From Cladosporium halotolerans (taxonomy: Eukaryota): a stretch of DNA of 64,000 nt. The DNA lies in the NCBI RefSeq assembly GCF_011745625.1, contig NW_027191482.1, positions 124,001 to 188,000 on the forward strand, written 5' to 3'. The position numbers were made by a program, and so were the translations under genes. Positions 34,160 through 47,132 of this stretch are shown one piece after another (within the stretch, counting starts at the first letter, position 1; every line of letters starts with the position of its first letter). Under the pieces are notes generated by a model. The model had not been told where the DNA came from and did no database searches. It was given only the letters and a program-made list of their open reading frames with translations.

Positions 34160-35569
34160 ATGTCGGGCGCGTCACCACCGAAACCCTGGGAGAGGGCCGG
34201 CGCCGGAGGCGCTTCAGGTATGCGACCTGAGAGACTGACCTCACGATATTTCAACAGCAAATGCTGACATTCTCAAGCCGCAGTGCCAACCACCACAGCC
34301 GCAACGCCTTCGGCAACAGCGGGCGCAGACGCCGCAACGCCAGCGCTGCCCGCCCGCCCGGATTCGCTCAACAGCGTGGCAACTAGGACCGCTTCCAACT
34401 ACTCATCACCCTACAACCGCACAAGCCCCTACGGCGGCATGGCCAGCTCGCCATATGGAATGGGAGGCGGACTTGGAGGATATGGCGGATACGGCTCAGG
34501 ATATGGGAGCTACGGAAACCGCTTCGGCGGCATGGGCGGGATGTACGGCTCCTCGTACGGGATGGGAGGCGGCTACGGCATGGGCGGGGGCATGTACGGC
34601 CAGCCGGGCATGTACGGGCCCAACGGCCAGGAGCAGAGCCTCACGCAGACCTTCAGCCAGTCGACGCAGACGACCTTCCACATGATCGAGTCCATCGTCG
34701 GCGCCTTCGGCGGCTTCGCCCAGATGCTCGAGAGCACCTACATGGCGACGCACTCCTCCTTCTTCGCCATGGTCTCCGTCGCCGAGCAGTTCGGCAACCT
34801 GCGCCAAACCCTCGGCTCCGTCCTGGGCATCTTCACCCTCCTCCGCTGGATCCGCACCGCCATCGCCCGCCTCACCGGCCGCCCTCCCCCCGCCGACTCC
34901 AAAGACCTCACGCCCGCCAGCTTCGCCGCCTTCTCCAACCCCGGCTCCAGCTCCGTCGGGCCCGACGGCCGGCCCAAACCCAGCAAAAAACCCTTCATCG
35001 TCTTCATCCTCGCCGTCTTCGGCCTCCCCTACCTAATGGGCAAGCTCATCCGCGCCCTCGCCGCCTCCCAAGAAGCCGAAGCGCAGCGCCAGCTCTCCCT
35101 CTCCCCCCACGACCCCGCGACCGGCGACCAGCAGCCCCTGGACCCCAGCAAGCTCGACTTCTGCCGCGTCCTCTACGACTACACCCCGCAGATGCAGCCC
35201 GGCCAGCAGGCGCAGGCGGGCCTCGACCTCGAGGTGAAAAAGGGCGACCTCGTCGCCGTCCTCTCCAAGACAGACCCGCTCGGCAACCCGTCCGAGTGGT
35301 GGCGCTGCCGCGCGCGCAACGGCCAGATGGGCTACCTGCCTTCGCCGTATCTGGAGACGATCCAGCGCAGGCCGCAGCAGGCGCAGATCGCGGATAAGTC
35401 TGCGGACAGCTCGCGCGTGAATACCATGACTGGCAGCGACGCGGGGAGCCGCGCGAACAGTCTGAAGCAACAGCAGCAGGAGGTGAAGGTCAAGCCGGAG
35501 ATGCCGGAGGGGAAGCCGGGGGATGTTGTTGGGGTGGAGAGTTTTCAGAGGGGTGGGTTTTATCAGTGA
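34160..35569 (+). CDS. PEX13: Peroxin 13 (intron from 34218 to 34277 or 34283)
   Basis: SPPKPWE N-terminus, YG-rich region, FGGFAQMLESTYMATHSSFFAM and a C-terminal SH3 domain (FCRVLYDY...WWRCR...GYLPSPY). Confidence 0.97.
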
Positions 35570-36297
35570 GTGATAGGGGAGGTGTAAGCTAAGGTACCTG
35601 GTTTCTGGGGCGATTTAATGCTCTTTTTTTCTTCTTTCCTCGAGCGCATGGCGTTCCTGTGGCGAAACACGCGATTTTTGCATCACGGAAGATCCTCTTG
35701 CTTCATAGCTGTACTGTCATCAATGGCAACGAAGTTCACTTCACAACTCCTATTCTCTCAACAAGATGATGTGACACGCACAGTGGATGATCGGTAAAGG
35801 AAATCAAGTTTCATTGCTCAGTCGTGATAGCTAACCATGCAGGCCAGAGCCAGAGTCTCTGCCGTAGCTCATTGCTAATCAAGGAGAACTCGCCGCTTGC
35901 TTCTGCCCCGGTCCGCGATAGGAGCAGAATGTTCGCGCAAGCGAGCGTCGACAGAGCTTATTTGTTCGTTCGTTCAGTGATGTCTTTTTTGTCGCCGTTT
36001 TCGTCATTCTTTCTTCAGTTTCACTCAAGAAACCAATTGAAAAGCCTCGTTAACCATCCCCGCGCCGCCGTGGTCCAAATGCCAGAACTCGTCGCTCGCC
36101 GCCGCCGCAGTAGCGGCAGCAGCGACGTCCAAGCGAGCCCTCAGCTCCTCCGAACAGCTGTGTCCGCGGACATTGCAGCCGCAAATACAAGTCCAGAAGG
36201 CGAGGTGCGAGGTACTGGGCAGAAGAGCGCGGTGTAAGCTGGGAATGTATTTGGCAGCAAAGGAAAAGAGTAAGTTGGTGTGAAGCACTTTTCGGGC

Positions 36298-37944
36298 TTA
36301 CTTGAGCTTGGCCTCGAGGATGTTGAGGAACTCCTGCTTCTTGGCGGCGCTCCAGGGCTTGGAGTCCTTGTTCTTGAGAGCCTGCTTGCCCAAATCGAGG
36401 ATGTCGACAGCCCAGCATTTCTCGCCAAGGACGAGCTGAGGGGTCTGCTTTGTGCGCGCGTTCTTCTTCTCGTTGCTGTTGGCGAGCCAGTCGGCGATGG
36501 CCTTGGTCCTGGCAGCAGCATCGGTGCTGTTAGTCTTGATGCCGTTAGCACTGCTGGTGGACTTGTTGTCATCGCTGGCAAGCTTGCTGTCGGCGGCGTC
36601 GGAAGCGATTCCGGCATTGCCGGAATCAGAGGCCTCAACAGCGTCCTCAGCATTGTTCTCAGAATCGTTGTCGGCATCTGAGATCTGAGAAGCCTTTGCA
36701 TCGGACACCTCAGATTCGTCCTCCTCACTCTCCTCATCATCTTGGTCATCATCGTCCTCATCATTATCCTCGTCACCCTCCTCAGAAGCGTCGTGTTCCT
36801 GACGCTTGGGAACCTTCGGCTTCGGCTTGCGAGGCGCGACCATCTTCTTGTCGAACTTGGCTCCGACAGCCTCAAGCAGCTTGCCAATGTCGAGCCAGAA
36901 AGACTTGGCTGCCTTGGCCACATCATCCTCGTTGACCACGTTCATCTCGATACGGAGGTGAGCCAGGTTCTTCGCCTCAGCGAGGAAGGCGAGAGCGGTC
37001 TTGGCATCCTTCTTGACGTACGAACGGATCTCGACGTGGCGAAGGTGCATGCGAACGCCAGAAGGGAGACCGGCGAAGAAGGTCATGAGCGTGGACGGGG
37101 TGTCGAAGCGGAGCGGCAGAGCGTAGAAGAGGGGCATGGCCTCATTGTGGATCTGTCAATATGGTTAGCAGAATGCAATTTACGGTCGCTGGAATAAGGA
37201 AATCACCTCTTTGTTGACTGCAAGCAGGGCAACACGGTACTTGCTGCCTTCAGCGTAGTTCTTCGCGTACGGATCCTTGAGTTCGTTCTTGCGCTTGCCG
37301 TCAATGGTGGCCGGCTCGCCTTCGATTCCCTTGGACGCAAAATAGAGGCAAAAGATGCGCTTGCGAACCTCGGCCGGAAGCTTCATCAGCGGGAAGGCCT
37401 TGGCCGGCTTGATGATGATGACCTGGTAGCCTTCGTGCTCATGACGCTCAGGGTTGACGTACTGGATATATCAGTGAGGCCATGCGTGTGTGTGGAGGAA
37501 AGCAAAGACTTACGGTGTCAAGAAGAGTGAATTGAGCATTGCTTTCAAGCTTGAGGGTATGGGTAAAGTTGGACTTGATTTGCTGTGCGAACTATTAGCG
37601 GAGACGCTGGCAGCGAACGAAGATGTTGATGGGCGAACCTTGGCTTCGGCGATGCCACCAGGAAAGGAGACCTCAATTGGGAGGGTGGCATGCTTGTTGC
37701 GCTTGAGGTTGTCCCACAGGACATTCTCTTTGGTCTTCTTGGGAGTGGTAGGCTTAGAGGTCGCCTTGTCGGCCGGCTTCTTCGGGGTTGGCTTCTTTGG
37801 GGTGTCCTGCTTGGGGGCCTCCTTGGCGGACGGCTTCTTCGGAGTGGCGGCGGTGCCTTTTGGCTTCTGTAGGGAAGGTCAGCGACCTGGAGTGACAAAG
37901 GCAGATTGACTGATGGGTCCTACCCCAGAGCCCTTCGGCGGCAT
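36298..37944 (-). CDS. Hypothetical protein with Lys/Pro-rich N-terminus, F-box-like FPLMKLPAEVRKRIF motif and acidic region (5 exons; introns 37867-37923, 37583-37638, 37462-37513, 37153-37206)
   Basis: Strong codon bias and four frame-preserving introns. The LPAEVR...LLAVNKEIHNEA...FY pattern is typical of fungal 2EXR/F-box-like proteins. Confidence 0.75.
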
Positions 37945-38873
37945 CTTGGAAGCTGCGGATACTTGAGAAGTGTCAGGAGGGCTTTGGATGGGTGATGAGA
38001 GGTGTTGATCAATAGTGGCGGACGAGGTTTTGCAACAGCTATAGGACTGGCGCAAAAAGAGCAGTGTTCAAGGAGTCAAGAAGAAGAACGACGAGCGGGG
38101 CGGCCGTAGGAATAAAGAGAAGCGCCTTGAGAACGATTCACATGCTCGCGAGCCACCTTTCCATCCACTTAGAGGTGGGATCGGCAATCACGAGGCCGCC
38201 CGTCGCCAGATTGGAGCCATAAGTGAGCCATAGACAGAGCCTTCCCCCGGCAAATTTTGGTGGAAGGGGCATGATTGAAGTCTTCATTCGCGTTCCCAGC
38301 TTGCTTCAGAGCCCGTAGGCAGCAGCGGGCACAAGCAACAAGGTCCACGTCCACAACTACGAGTCGTTCGTGGCGGGCCGTCTCTTTCACATGTCAAAAG
38401 ACTCCGGTAGTTTTGCTCGCGGGCTTGCAAGGCCGTCGTATGGGTTGCGGCTTGTCGGCGCCCGTGGATCCAGTTGCTCACCGGTCTCCTTGTCTGTTGC
38501 AAGTGATATCCTGGGATCATGATCCATGACGTACGTTTGCGTCTTATGCTGGGCTTGGAATAGCGGGCAAGGTCGATATCCACATGTACTTACTACGATC
38601 AGGGTCACAAAGATTGAGGTTGGCCTTCATCGTCGCATCTAATGTCAACATGGTTCACAAATTCGCATTTTCGATCAGACTGCCTTGAAATATTGATGTT
38701 TGTGCTGAAATCGTACTGTTCAATGGTTGTTCGTCGTGAGGCCGATAAGCTGCAGTAGACGTGAGGTCAAACGCGCCAAGCATCCAAGTCGCGGCTTTCG
38801 GACGCGTTTGCGGCTCATGTCGCAGTCCAGCACAGCATACCAGCACGTTACTAGTGCACGCAACGCAATCACA

Positions 38874-39376
38874 ATGGCTGAACAAATCCCCAATGGCGAT
38901 GCGCCCGCGAACACAGATGTCGAGATGAAGGAGGAGTCTGCGCCAGAGGTACAATTATCGCATCTCCCTGGGTCAATCGCAGCAACTAACAGCTCTACCA
39001 GCCCAATCTAAGCGCAGTTCAACCAACACTCTCCGACCCTACTCCTGCGCCTCAGGTCACAGAAGACGCAGCTCCTCCCGCTCCGAGTGCAGACCATCTG
39101 GCAGCAACCCAAGAAACAGCAGCGCCCGTTACAGTGCCCGCCGCAGCAACACCTTCAGCCAACACGCCGCGCCCGAGCTCGATCCCTCCCCCTTCGACTA
39201 CGAGGCCTGACAAACCTGTCGCACATGGCGGCTCAACGAGGCAATTCCTTAACCAGAACATCACGCCGCATCTGCTGGAGGGTATGAAGTACTTGGCGGT
39301 CTACGAGCCTGAGAAGCCTCTACTTTGGCTCTCGGAGTTCTTGAAGGAGAGGAGCAAGGAGGTCGAGGGTGCTTGA
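38874..39376 (+). CDS. SDC1: COMPASS subunit Dpy-30/Sdc1 (intron 38949-39001)
   Basis: Dpy-30 motif HGGSTRQFLNQNITPHLLEGMKYLAVYEPEKPLLWLSEFL. Intron GTACAA...CTAAC...CAG. Confidence 0.9.
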
Positions 39377-41639
39377 TGTGGTTCTGCTTGCCATTGCTTA
39401 ATTCATTGGCAGATGTGAGATTCCAAGGCTTTGTTTGCATAAGCCCAGGCGTTTTGGGCTGGTTCGAGATACCCAAGGATTTGCACATTTTGGCACGAAT
39501 GCAAGTTTCGCTACCTGCTTCACCCTCGCGGCAGATTCACTACTGAAGCAGCGCCGCGTCTCGCAAATCGCTCCGTACACGCGCGCACGAATGAAGGGTC
39601 GTTCCTTGATTGGGGCCATCTTCGGCTTACGTGTGCAGCATTAGCCTGGCCCAAAGTGAGGGCCTCCGAGTTGTCCACGAGGATGCCCAGAAAAGTCGTC
39701 CGTGCACCCGGTACCACCCATCTGTAGGGCAGGGCATAAGGCTGTGCTAAAAAGAGCATCACCACTCTTCGCGAAGTCCGGGCAGCACGTCGCGCATCAC
39801 AGACACCCGCGTGACACGAGACGTCACCGGGCAGCATGTGACAGGCCGGCGAACGGTCAGTGTCACGGAGTGCAAGGCCGGGATCATGCTTTCAGGCACG
39901 AGGCAAACCTGCTTTTGGGCTGTGAAGAAAACGGGGCTCCTCCCGATAAGCCCGGGGTCAAGGTTTCGAAGCAAATTGAAAGGGTTCGGGAATCTGCCAT
40001 AGCCGGCTCGGCCAATCGTGGTCAGCCCTGGAATCTTGCATCCCGCCGCAATTTTACCTACTTGCGTGCCCAGGCATACCGTGTGACTCGAAGGATTGTG
40101 CAAAGGCCGGCGCGCATAAATAGACCTTCGTCGCCTTCTGTAATTTTGTCTATACCCGTTGATTCTTCATCTTGCGCCGTTCGCCAGCACTCAACTTCAC
40201 CATGGCAATCTTCAATTTCAGCTCCTCCAGCGTCGGCTTCGGCAAAATGTTCCGAAACTCTAAACAAGGCGGCTCACGTGGTGGGCACGCGAGGCACTAC
40301 GTTAAATGTACTTGCGCATTTGACGTGCCCGTCAAGCCATGCTTGTGGTACCATTTGTCCGACTGCAAGTGAAGACATGCGCATTCGTCTTCCATTGCCA
40401 AGATGAATGGTCCCATTGGCCGTCTTAGGGATCACTGGCTGCAGAGCCCGACCACCTAGGCATTGGCGGAGCATCCTCATGATGAGGCGGGCGTGACACG
40501 AGGTCACAAAGTCTCGACAATGGCGCCCTTGCATAACTGAAGCAAAGGAGCCATCAGCAGATGTCAAACCCCTCCGGCGATCGAGTAGCACCCGCCTGAC
40601 GACACGAGCTCCTCAGCATCCATCAACTGCCGAGCACGGGGCCTGCAACCTGCGCAGTCCAAACCCCATCCTCACGACATCAATGAGTTCGGTCGAAAAG
40701 CCAATCGATACAAACTTGATCGAAAAATAGAACATCTAGAGAGAGCGACGATTGATCTTCTCATCCCAAACCTCGACGGCAAGACCGAGCTCGTTTCCAT
40801 CGCCGCCGCAAACCAAGCAGCGCAGACCCCAAGTCCTCCCACCCCTCCTCGCCTCCCCGCGGACCCACGAAGGTGCGACACGCATGATGTCCGAGGAAAT
40901 TAGCAGGGAGGGGCATCGGATCGGACCAGACTATGGCCGGGCACGGAAGTCTAGACCACCCGCGGTCTGGTCTACGAGGTGGCGAGGACGTCAATGTCAT
41001 GTCAGAGTAGCTTGACTTGGTTCCCAGATCATTGTAGTGTTGTATAGAATTATGCGATACGCGAAACGCGGAATCTATACCCCTGCACAAAACCATACCC
41101 ATACCATACCACACCACACCATCAATGAACAAAACATAAAAAAGAAATGAATATTGTGGAATAAGATAGATACTCTCTTTCGAGCAAATGCAGCAGCTGC
41201 TGCTGCTCCTCCCACTCGCCTTCGCGATCGCGTCTTCTGCGTCTAGACCATTGTTCTAATTCACGAGGTTCGGTAATTACTACTTCCAAGGAGAGAAAAT
41301 CAACACAAAAAAAAGCATAGGGACCAACAAAAAAACGCGAAATGGTATCTTGAAAAAGGGGAAGGAAGAAACGAAAAAATGCCAGACTGGCTAAAAGCAT
41401 CAAGAAAAGGTATGTTCGTAGGGTTCGCTCGAGAGCCTCAAGCGCTCGGTAACCCTTGATCAAAGGTTGAAAGAAAGAGAAAAGAGCCGCGGCGGTTCCG
41501 AAGTCGGTCGCGCGCGGCGTCGCTGCGTGAAGGAGTATGGGTGCTTGAAGGCGTGTGTCGTAAAAGGAAATTATGCGGTGGGTAGCGGTGATGGTGTTGG
41601 GTTCAAACGGCGAAGTCGCTGTTGCGGCCTAGGGCCGTC

Positions 41640-44600
41640 TTAATAGCGGTGGGCCGCTGGGCTGTCGTCCATGTTGCCGGTCAGCTCGGCGACGCGTGCC
41701 TTGATGCGGGCGACGCGCGATTCGATTGCTGGGAGGGGCGGGTTAGCTATTGCTGATCTTTGGATGATACTGCATTCAGTTGGTAGCTTACTCTCTTCCT
41801 CGCTCGTCGCGCCGTCGTCGTCCGTCCTGGCGCTCTGGCTAGGACGACTCTGCTCCTCGCTCGCTCTGGCAGCACGACGCGCGGCGTTTTCGCGGATCTG
41901 CGCCCAGCGGTCCTGCACCTGCTGCGGCGCGTAGGGTTCCTGCTCTTTCTCTGCGGAGATGTCGGAGACGGCGTCGTTGTGGGGGTCGTTGCGCTCGAGG
42001 GGTGTAACGAAGCCTTCGTTCGGGGTAGGCTGGTCGCGGTAGGCATCCAGGTGCTGTTGGGGACGAGGGGTGTAGTCAGGTTTGACGGGAGAGTCGGGAG
42101 CGTCGTTCGCGTCGTCATCGATGGAATCGCGCGGCATGGCGGCTGGCATGTCGTCCATTGGTCCTTGGTCGAAGCGAGAGAACTCGTTCTCGGCGTTGCG
42201 AGTATCCTCGGAGTTGGTGCGGGTGACATTGGCGTCCGAGGTCGCGAAGCCAGGCGACAGCGGAGAGACGGGGTCGTGCGCATGGTTCAGGGCGGCGGCC
42301 TGGGCTGCGGAGTGCTGCATACTAGGCTGGTTTGTAGTCTCCTGGGCAGGCATAGGGGAAACTTCCGGTTCCTGCACAGTGGGCTCAGGCACAGAGGCCT
42401 CCTGCACAACAGGAGCTGCTGGGGCCTCGGGCACCTTTGGCGTGACAGGCGGAGAGGCCGTCGTGGTAGAGGCAGGCTTCCTGCTGCGCATAGTCGACAG
42501 CCTGCGAGAGAGGCTTGACTCCGAAGGGGGCGACAGGCTGGCCTGGTTCTCTTGCGTGTCGGAAGAGTTTCTGACAGTCTTGGTGCGACCGAACATTTTC
42601 TTAAAAGCACCGCCTCCAGGAGCCTGCTTCTTGAGAACGTTGTGGTCTCTGTTAGAGACAGGGCTGGCGTTGACTTTGCTCTCGAGAGCTTTCTGAGCGG
42701 CGAGCACAGCCGGCCCGCGGTTGGGCGAGGGCGATGCCTTGGCGGGCTCTTCCACATTCTTCTGGCGGAATGCAGGATGGATCTCGCGGTCAGTCTTGGA
42801 TGGCACTGGCTTCCGTCCAACCTTCTCAGCTTGCGCAGGAGACACGCCGATCTCCTTGTTAAAGAAGTCGGTGGACGGGCGGACAGCAGGTTCGTGAGCA
42901 GGAGGTTGCTCGGCAACTTGCTTCTCGTCGTTCGTTTCCGCCGGAACCGCAACCGCAACGGGCTCTGGTGCCTGAGGCGGGGCAGGCTCAGGCTGCACAG
43001 TCTCTTCCACGGGAGCCTGAGCAGGCACCGATTGCTGTTCCGTCGGCAAAGCAGGCAGATCACGATCAAGTTTGTTGTCTTTCGGGAATGCAGTAGCCTC
43101 ATGCGCCAGAGTGGGAGGCTTCTCAGCTGTAGACGGGACAACGCTCGCACGGCTCATGTAAGAAGTCTGCCTCGTGAGATCATCCTTGCTATCGCCGGCA
43201 GTGCTGAAGCCATCACCGAGGTACTGAGCGCGGATGGCCTTCTTGTCGTAGCTAGTAGCCCACTTCATTGCCGGCCCAGCCGCATTCTGCAAACCGAGTG
43301 TCATCGCACTGGTCGTCTTCGAAGCCGCATCCTCTGCACCCCGACCGCGCCTATGCGGGAGATCCAGCTGATCCTGTTCCTTCTTCGCGAGGGCGGCAGC
43401 AGCCGCTTTGATCTTCGCCTGCTGGCCAGGGGCAACGCTGTGCTTACTAGGCGTGGCAGACTTGATGCGCTCGAGCTCAGCCGGAGGCGGAGATGTGGGC
43501 AGCTGCTTGGTGACGGTCTTCTTGCTGCGCCCACGCTTAGTGAAGCCAAAGCGGCTCTTCTTCTCGACGAGCTGAACGCCTTCCATCGGCTCAGGGGAAG
43601 CACCTTGGACTTGCTCTTCCATGATGAGCCATTGGCCGTTCATGATGGAGGTTTCGATGAGCGCGCAGCGACCAAAGACCGCCTTACGTTCGTTCGGCTC
43701 CTCGCCCGACAAGCTCGTCATCCAAACCCACCAGAAGGCATCGTCAAGCTCAGTATTAGTGATAGCCGCGAGCTCACCAGGAGCAAGGTCATTGTCTCCG
43801 TTGCCAGTATTCGCAGCTGGCGTTTGCGCACGCGAGCTGATGGGCGGGAGCAGATCACCGGGAGGCACGAAAAGTGCGGTCTGCTCTTTAGCAACACCAT
43901 CGTCCTCGAATCCAGTGTTCAGAAAGTCGGCCCACGAGGGCGTCGTCGGCCTTGCGTTGTTGGTGTGTCTGGAACGCGGGCCTGCCTGTAGACTCTCGCT
44001 TGGTCTGCCCGATGCGCCAACACCATTGGAAGCGACCGGCGACTCGGTGGACAGATCAGAGAATCCGAGACTGGAGAACGCCGACCAAGATTCTTCTGGG
44101 TTCTGAAGCTTCGCCTGGCGTGAAGTGACCGGGGCAGAGGAATTGGTAGAAGCGATTGCGTACAGAACACGCTTGCACTCGTCAGTCAAGGCCTCCGATG
44201 GGTCATCGAAGTCAGAGAATTCCTGCAGCACGCGGTTGTCTGATTGGTATTCGAAATGCTTGGCTCTTCGGAGCATAGCGAAAGGTCCGGGCGAAACAGT
44301 ATCGACCAGCATGAGCACACGCGGCGTAGACCTCTGCAGGAGGGTAGGCGTCTCCGGAGGGTACTCGGTCTGAGCAAGCAGCGCCTGCAGGGATCGCGGA
44401 ATTCGTTCGATCACACTCAAGGCCGGGTCTGCCTCTGGGGACAAGGATCGCAGGTAGGCGAAGAACAAATGGCTCGTGGCATCCGCAGCTGCGACCCACG
44501 ATTTGTATCCGCCTTCGAACCCCTTGCCATCGTCCGAATGATCGAAAGCCCACCAACCCGCCAACCGGGAAACCTTGCGCCCGCCCATGCCGTTGGTCTT

Positions 44601-45227
44601 TCCATGCGCCGCGACAGCAGCCAGCAGCTCGAAGAAGTCGACGATGATGTTGGTGCGAGCGCTTGAGTCGTTCGCGATTGGAATGAATGTGTCGAATGCG
44701 TGTCTCGCTTGGTTGGATTCCTTCTCACCGATCTTGAATGCTTCGTATACAGGCCATGTGACGACTCCACCCGGTAGTCTGCTCCAGCACCACTTGAGAA
44801 CGCTGCACAGGACATGAGGTTCGGTCAGGCGCAGCTCCTGCTGTAAATATGCGCCGCGAAATTGTTGAGATCCGGAAGCATTTGACGTAAAAAACTTGGA
44901 AATGAAAGAGCGGGCGGGTGTGGGATCGGAGTCCAAGCGGAAGGGAAGGAGCAGAAAGGGAGCGTCCAATGCCTCAGCTACGTTCGATCGTCAGCGTAAA
45001 AGACCTTGCAAAGCATGCGAGATCACCGTACCTCTCGATTTCATTTGCGCCGTGGCACAATGGATGAGCTCCTCCACCTCTTCGGGGACGACCTCTTTGC
45101 TCGTCCATGTCGATTGGTACTTGGGCTGCGCGGGCACCGGCGGCGGGAAGAAGTTCTCAGCCTCGGCCTGGCTCTTTTCCTTCGCAGGCGTGGTGCCCTT
45201 GCTTCTGAGTCTCGAAAAGAGCGGCAT
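41640..45227 (-). CDS. MSB1: Morphogenesis protein Msb1/MesA-like (RhoGAP-like DUF1708 domain; introns 44978-45031, 41729-41791)
   Basis: LDAPFLLLPFR, KWCWSRLPGGVVTW, NGMGGRKVSRLAGWWAF, DDAFWWVWMTSL and terminal IESRVARIKARVAELT. Confidence 0.85.
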
Positions 45228-46580
45228 CTTGGTAGGTGGTGGAACGCTGACCCGCTAGCACGTGATTGAATCAGATATGGATGATCGCCGGCGATTATGT
45301 AGACATTAATTGACGCGGGCCGTTGCCGTCGCCGCGAGAGGGCAGGAAGGAGAGCGTGAGAGCGTGAGAAAAGTAAGGTCCCAAACGGTAGAGGAGAAAA
45401 AAACGAGCGTCGGCCGTTTGATGCGCGTGGGCAAGCGCGTCCGTGTGGTCTTCACGCACGCGAAAGGGGCGGCAGATCAGGTGACGGCGCTGTCTGGCGG
45501 GCGGGCGGCGCTGCGGTGTGCTTTGAATGGATTGTGTTGTGCGACGCAGGTGGTGCGCGCGGCGAGAGAATAGGATGCACCGTTATAGCCAGCGAGCCAG
45601 GGCGGCGGGCGGCAGAAATGGGGTGCTGCTGCAGGAGGAGAGGGACGGCGTGACGGGCATCAGGGGCAGCTCTCGAGATTGAGAAGCGCAGGGTCGCGGG
45701 TCGCGGGTTGCGGCCGTGCCCTCGGATGAGGCCAGCAGAAAGCTTGCGCGCATCCTTAGGCACTGGGTTGAAGCGCGCGCCGAATCAGCGGCCTCAGGCG
45801 CGGTGGCGGTATTGCAGGCGACGACGTGGTCTGCCGTCGCCGCATCATTCGAGTGTCGCCTCGCCTGCAGGCCCGGCCGTCCATACCATACCATTGGCGC
45901 GGGCGGCGCCAGCGCACGTGTTTCACAGCCATGCCCTCTGCCCGCCGCGCCCTCTTCCCTGTTTCACTTGCATGGTGGATGCAGCCCCGCCGGGCATGGC
46001 GCCGTGGGAGATCATCTCCGAAGATAGCTCCCGACTGACTGCCGCTACATAAACTCAAAAGCAGGCTTTGGCCTCGGTCGACGGGCATTTGTTCGCTTGC
46101 GCAGGTATATGGTGTGATCATGACACTACTCTCGTGCGTTCAACTCCGTTAACAAGGTGGCCGTATCCCTGCCTCATGACTCTGCCCGCAAACGCTCGCT
46201 TCGGGCAATGCGACAGGTTGATCATAAGCTGACAGCATTCGAAGTGTCTAGTCTGAAGTGGCGATAGTCGACACCGCTTCAATGGTAGCGAAGAGACACT
46301 AGCTGCTACCGACATACCTAAATGGACGTGACACTCAGGACTCAGAGCAACCAGAATTTGTGAGACACCGACCGCGTTCGCTGAAGAGTGTTCGGCGGCC
46401 AGGCCACAGCCATACCATGACATCATTTCGAGATCATCTATGATCGCTACGATCCAAACAACAGAAACGGTGCCATGCAGACATGTATATGTGCGCAGGC
46501 TACCGGTCCAATGCTGTAGAACGACATTTCAATAGACACTCTATACCATACGGCACGACTCAATCTACAACACCGCCAAA

Positions 46581-46987
46581 ATGGTCAAAGACACCGCAAC
46601 CGTCATCGAGCAAGCACCCCTCCCCCTCCACTTCCCTCTAACCCTCCTAACACCCCAACCAGAGAGTTCAACTCCATAGTCAACATGACCGCCTCCGAAC
46701 TGCGCTCCTGGCTGCAAGAAGAGTCCTCCGAATCCGCCGGGTGGAGCAAAGACGACGGCGGCGGCGAGACGGTCGGGCACGACAGCGGGCGCAAGATTGT
46801 CGACATCCTCGAGCGCAACCCGAAAAAAGACCCCGATTCCTACGAGGAAGAGGACATCCAGCACATGCGCAAGGTCGTCAGCTACTGCAAGCGGCACCTG
46901 GCGCAGGAGGGGAAGGCGAAGCAGGATCCCGAGAGCAGGTCGGCGAGGTCGTTGAAGAATTGGGGGCATGATCCGCAGAAGTCTTGA
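46581..46987 (+). CDS. DUF3140-family small protein (GC-AG intron 46610-46662)
   Basis: Spliced product MVKDTATVIEEFNSIVNMTASELRSWL...GHDSGRKIV...HMRKVVSYCKRHLAQ...SLKNWGHDP. Confidence 0.88.
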
Positions 46988-47132
46988 AGGGGTGTCGTGT
47001 GCTGGAATCAGGACATGACATTGTAACGATGAAACTTGTAACGATGAAATGATATCTTGCGAGAATTTCGATTTGATTTTGTATCAATTGCGCAGTGCGC
47101 TCTCTCTCGATTTGAACATCGTCAATTCAGTG

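Noticed and set aside
47021..47050. 15-bp tandem duplication TTGTAACGATGAAA(C/T)
   Set aside because: Isolated slippage duplication in a 3' region; two copies only and no spacer, so not CRISPR-like.
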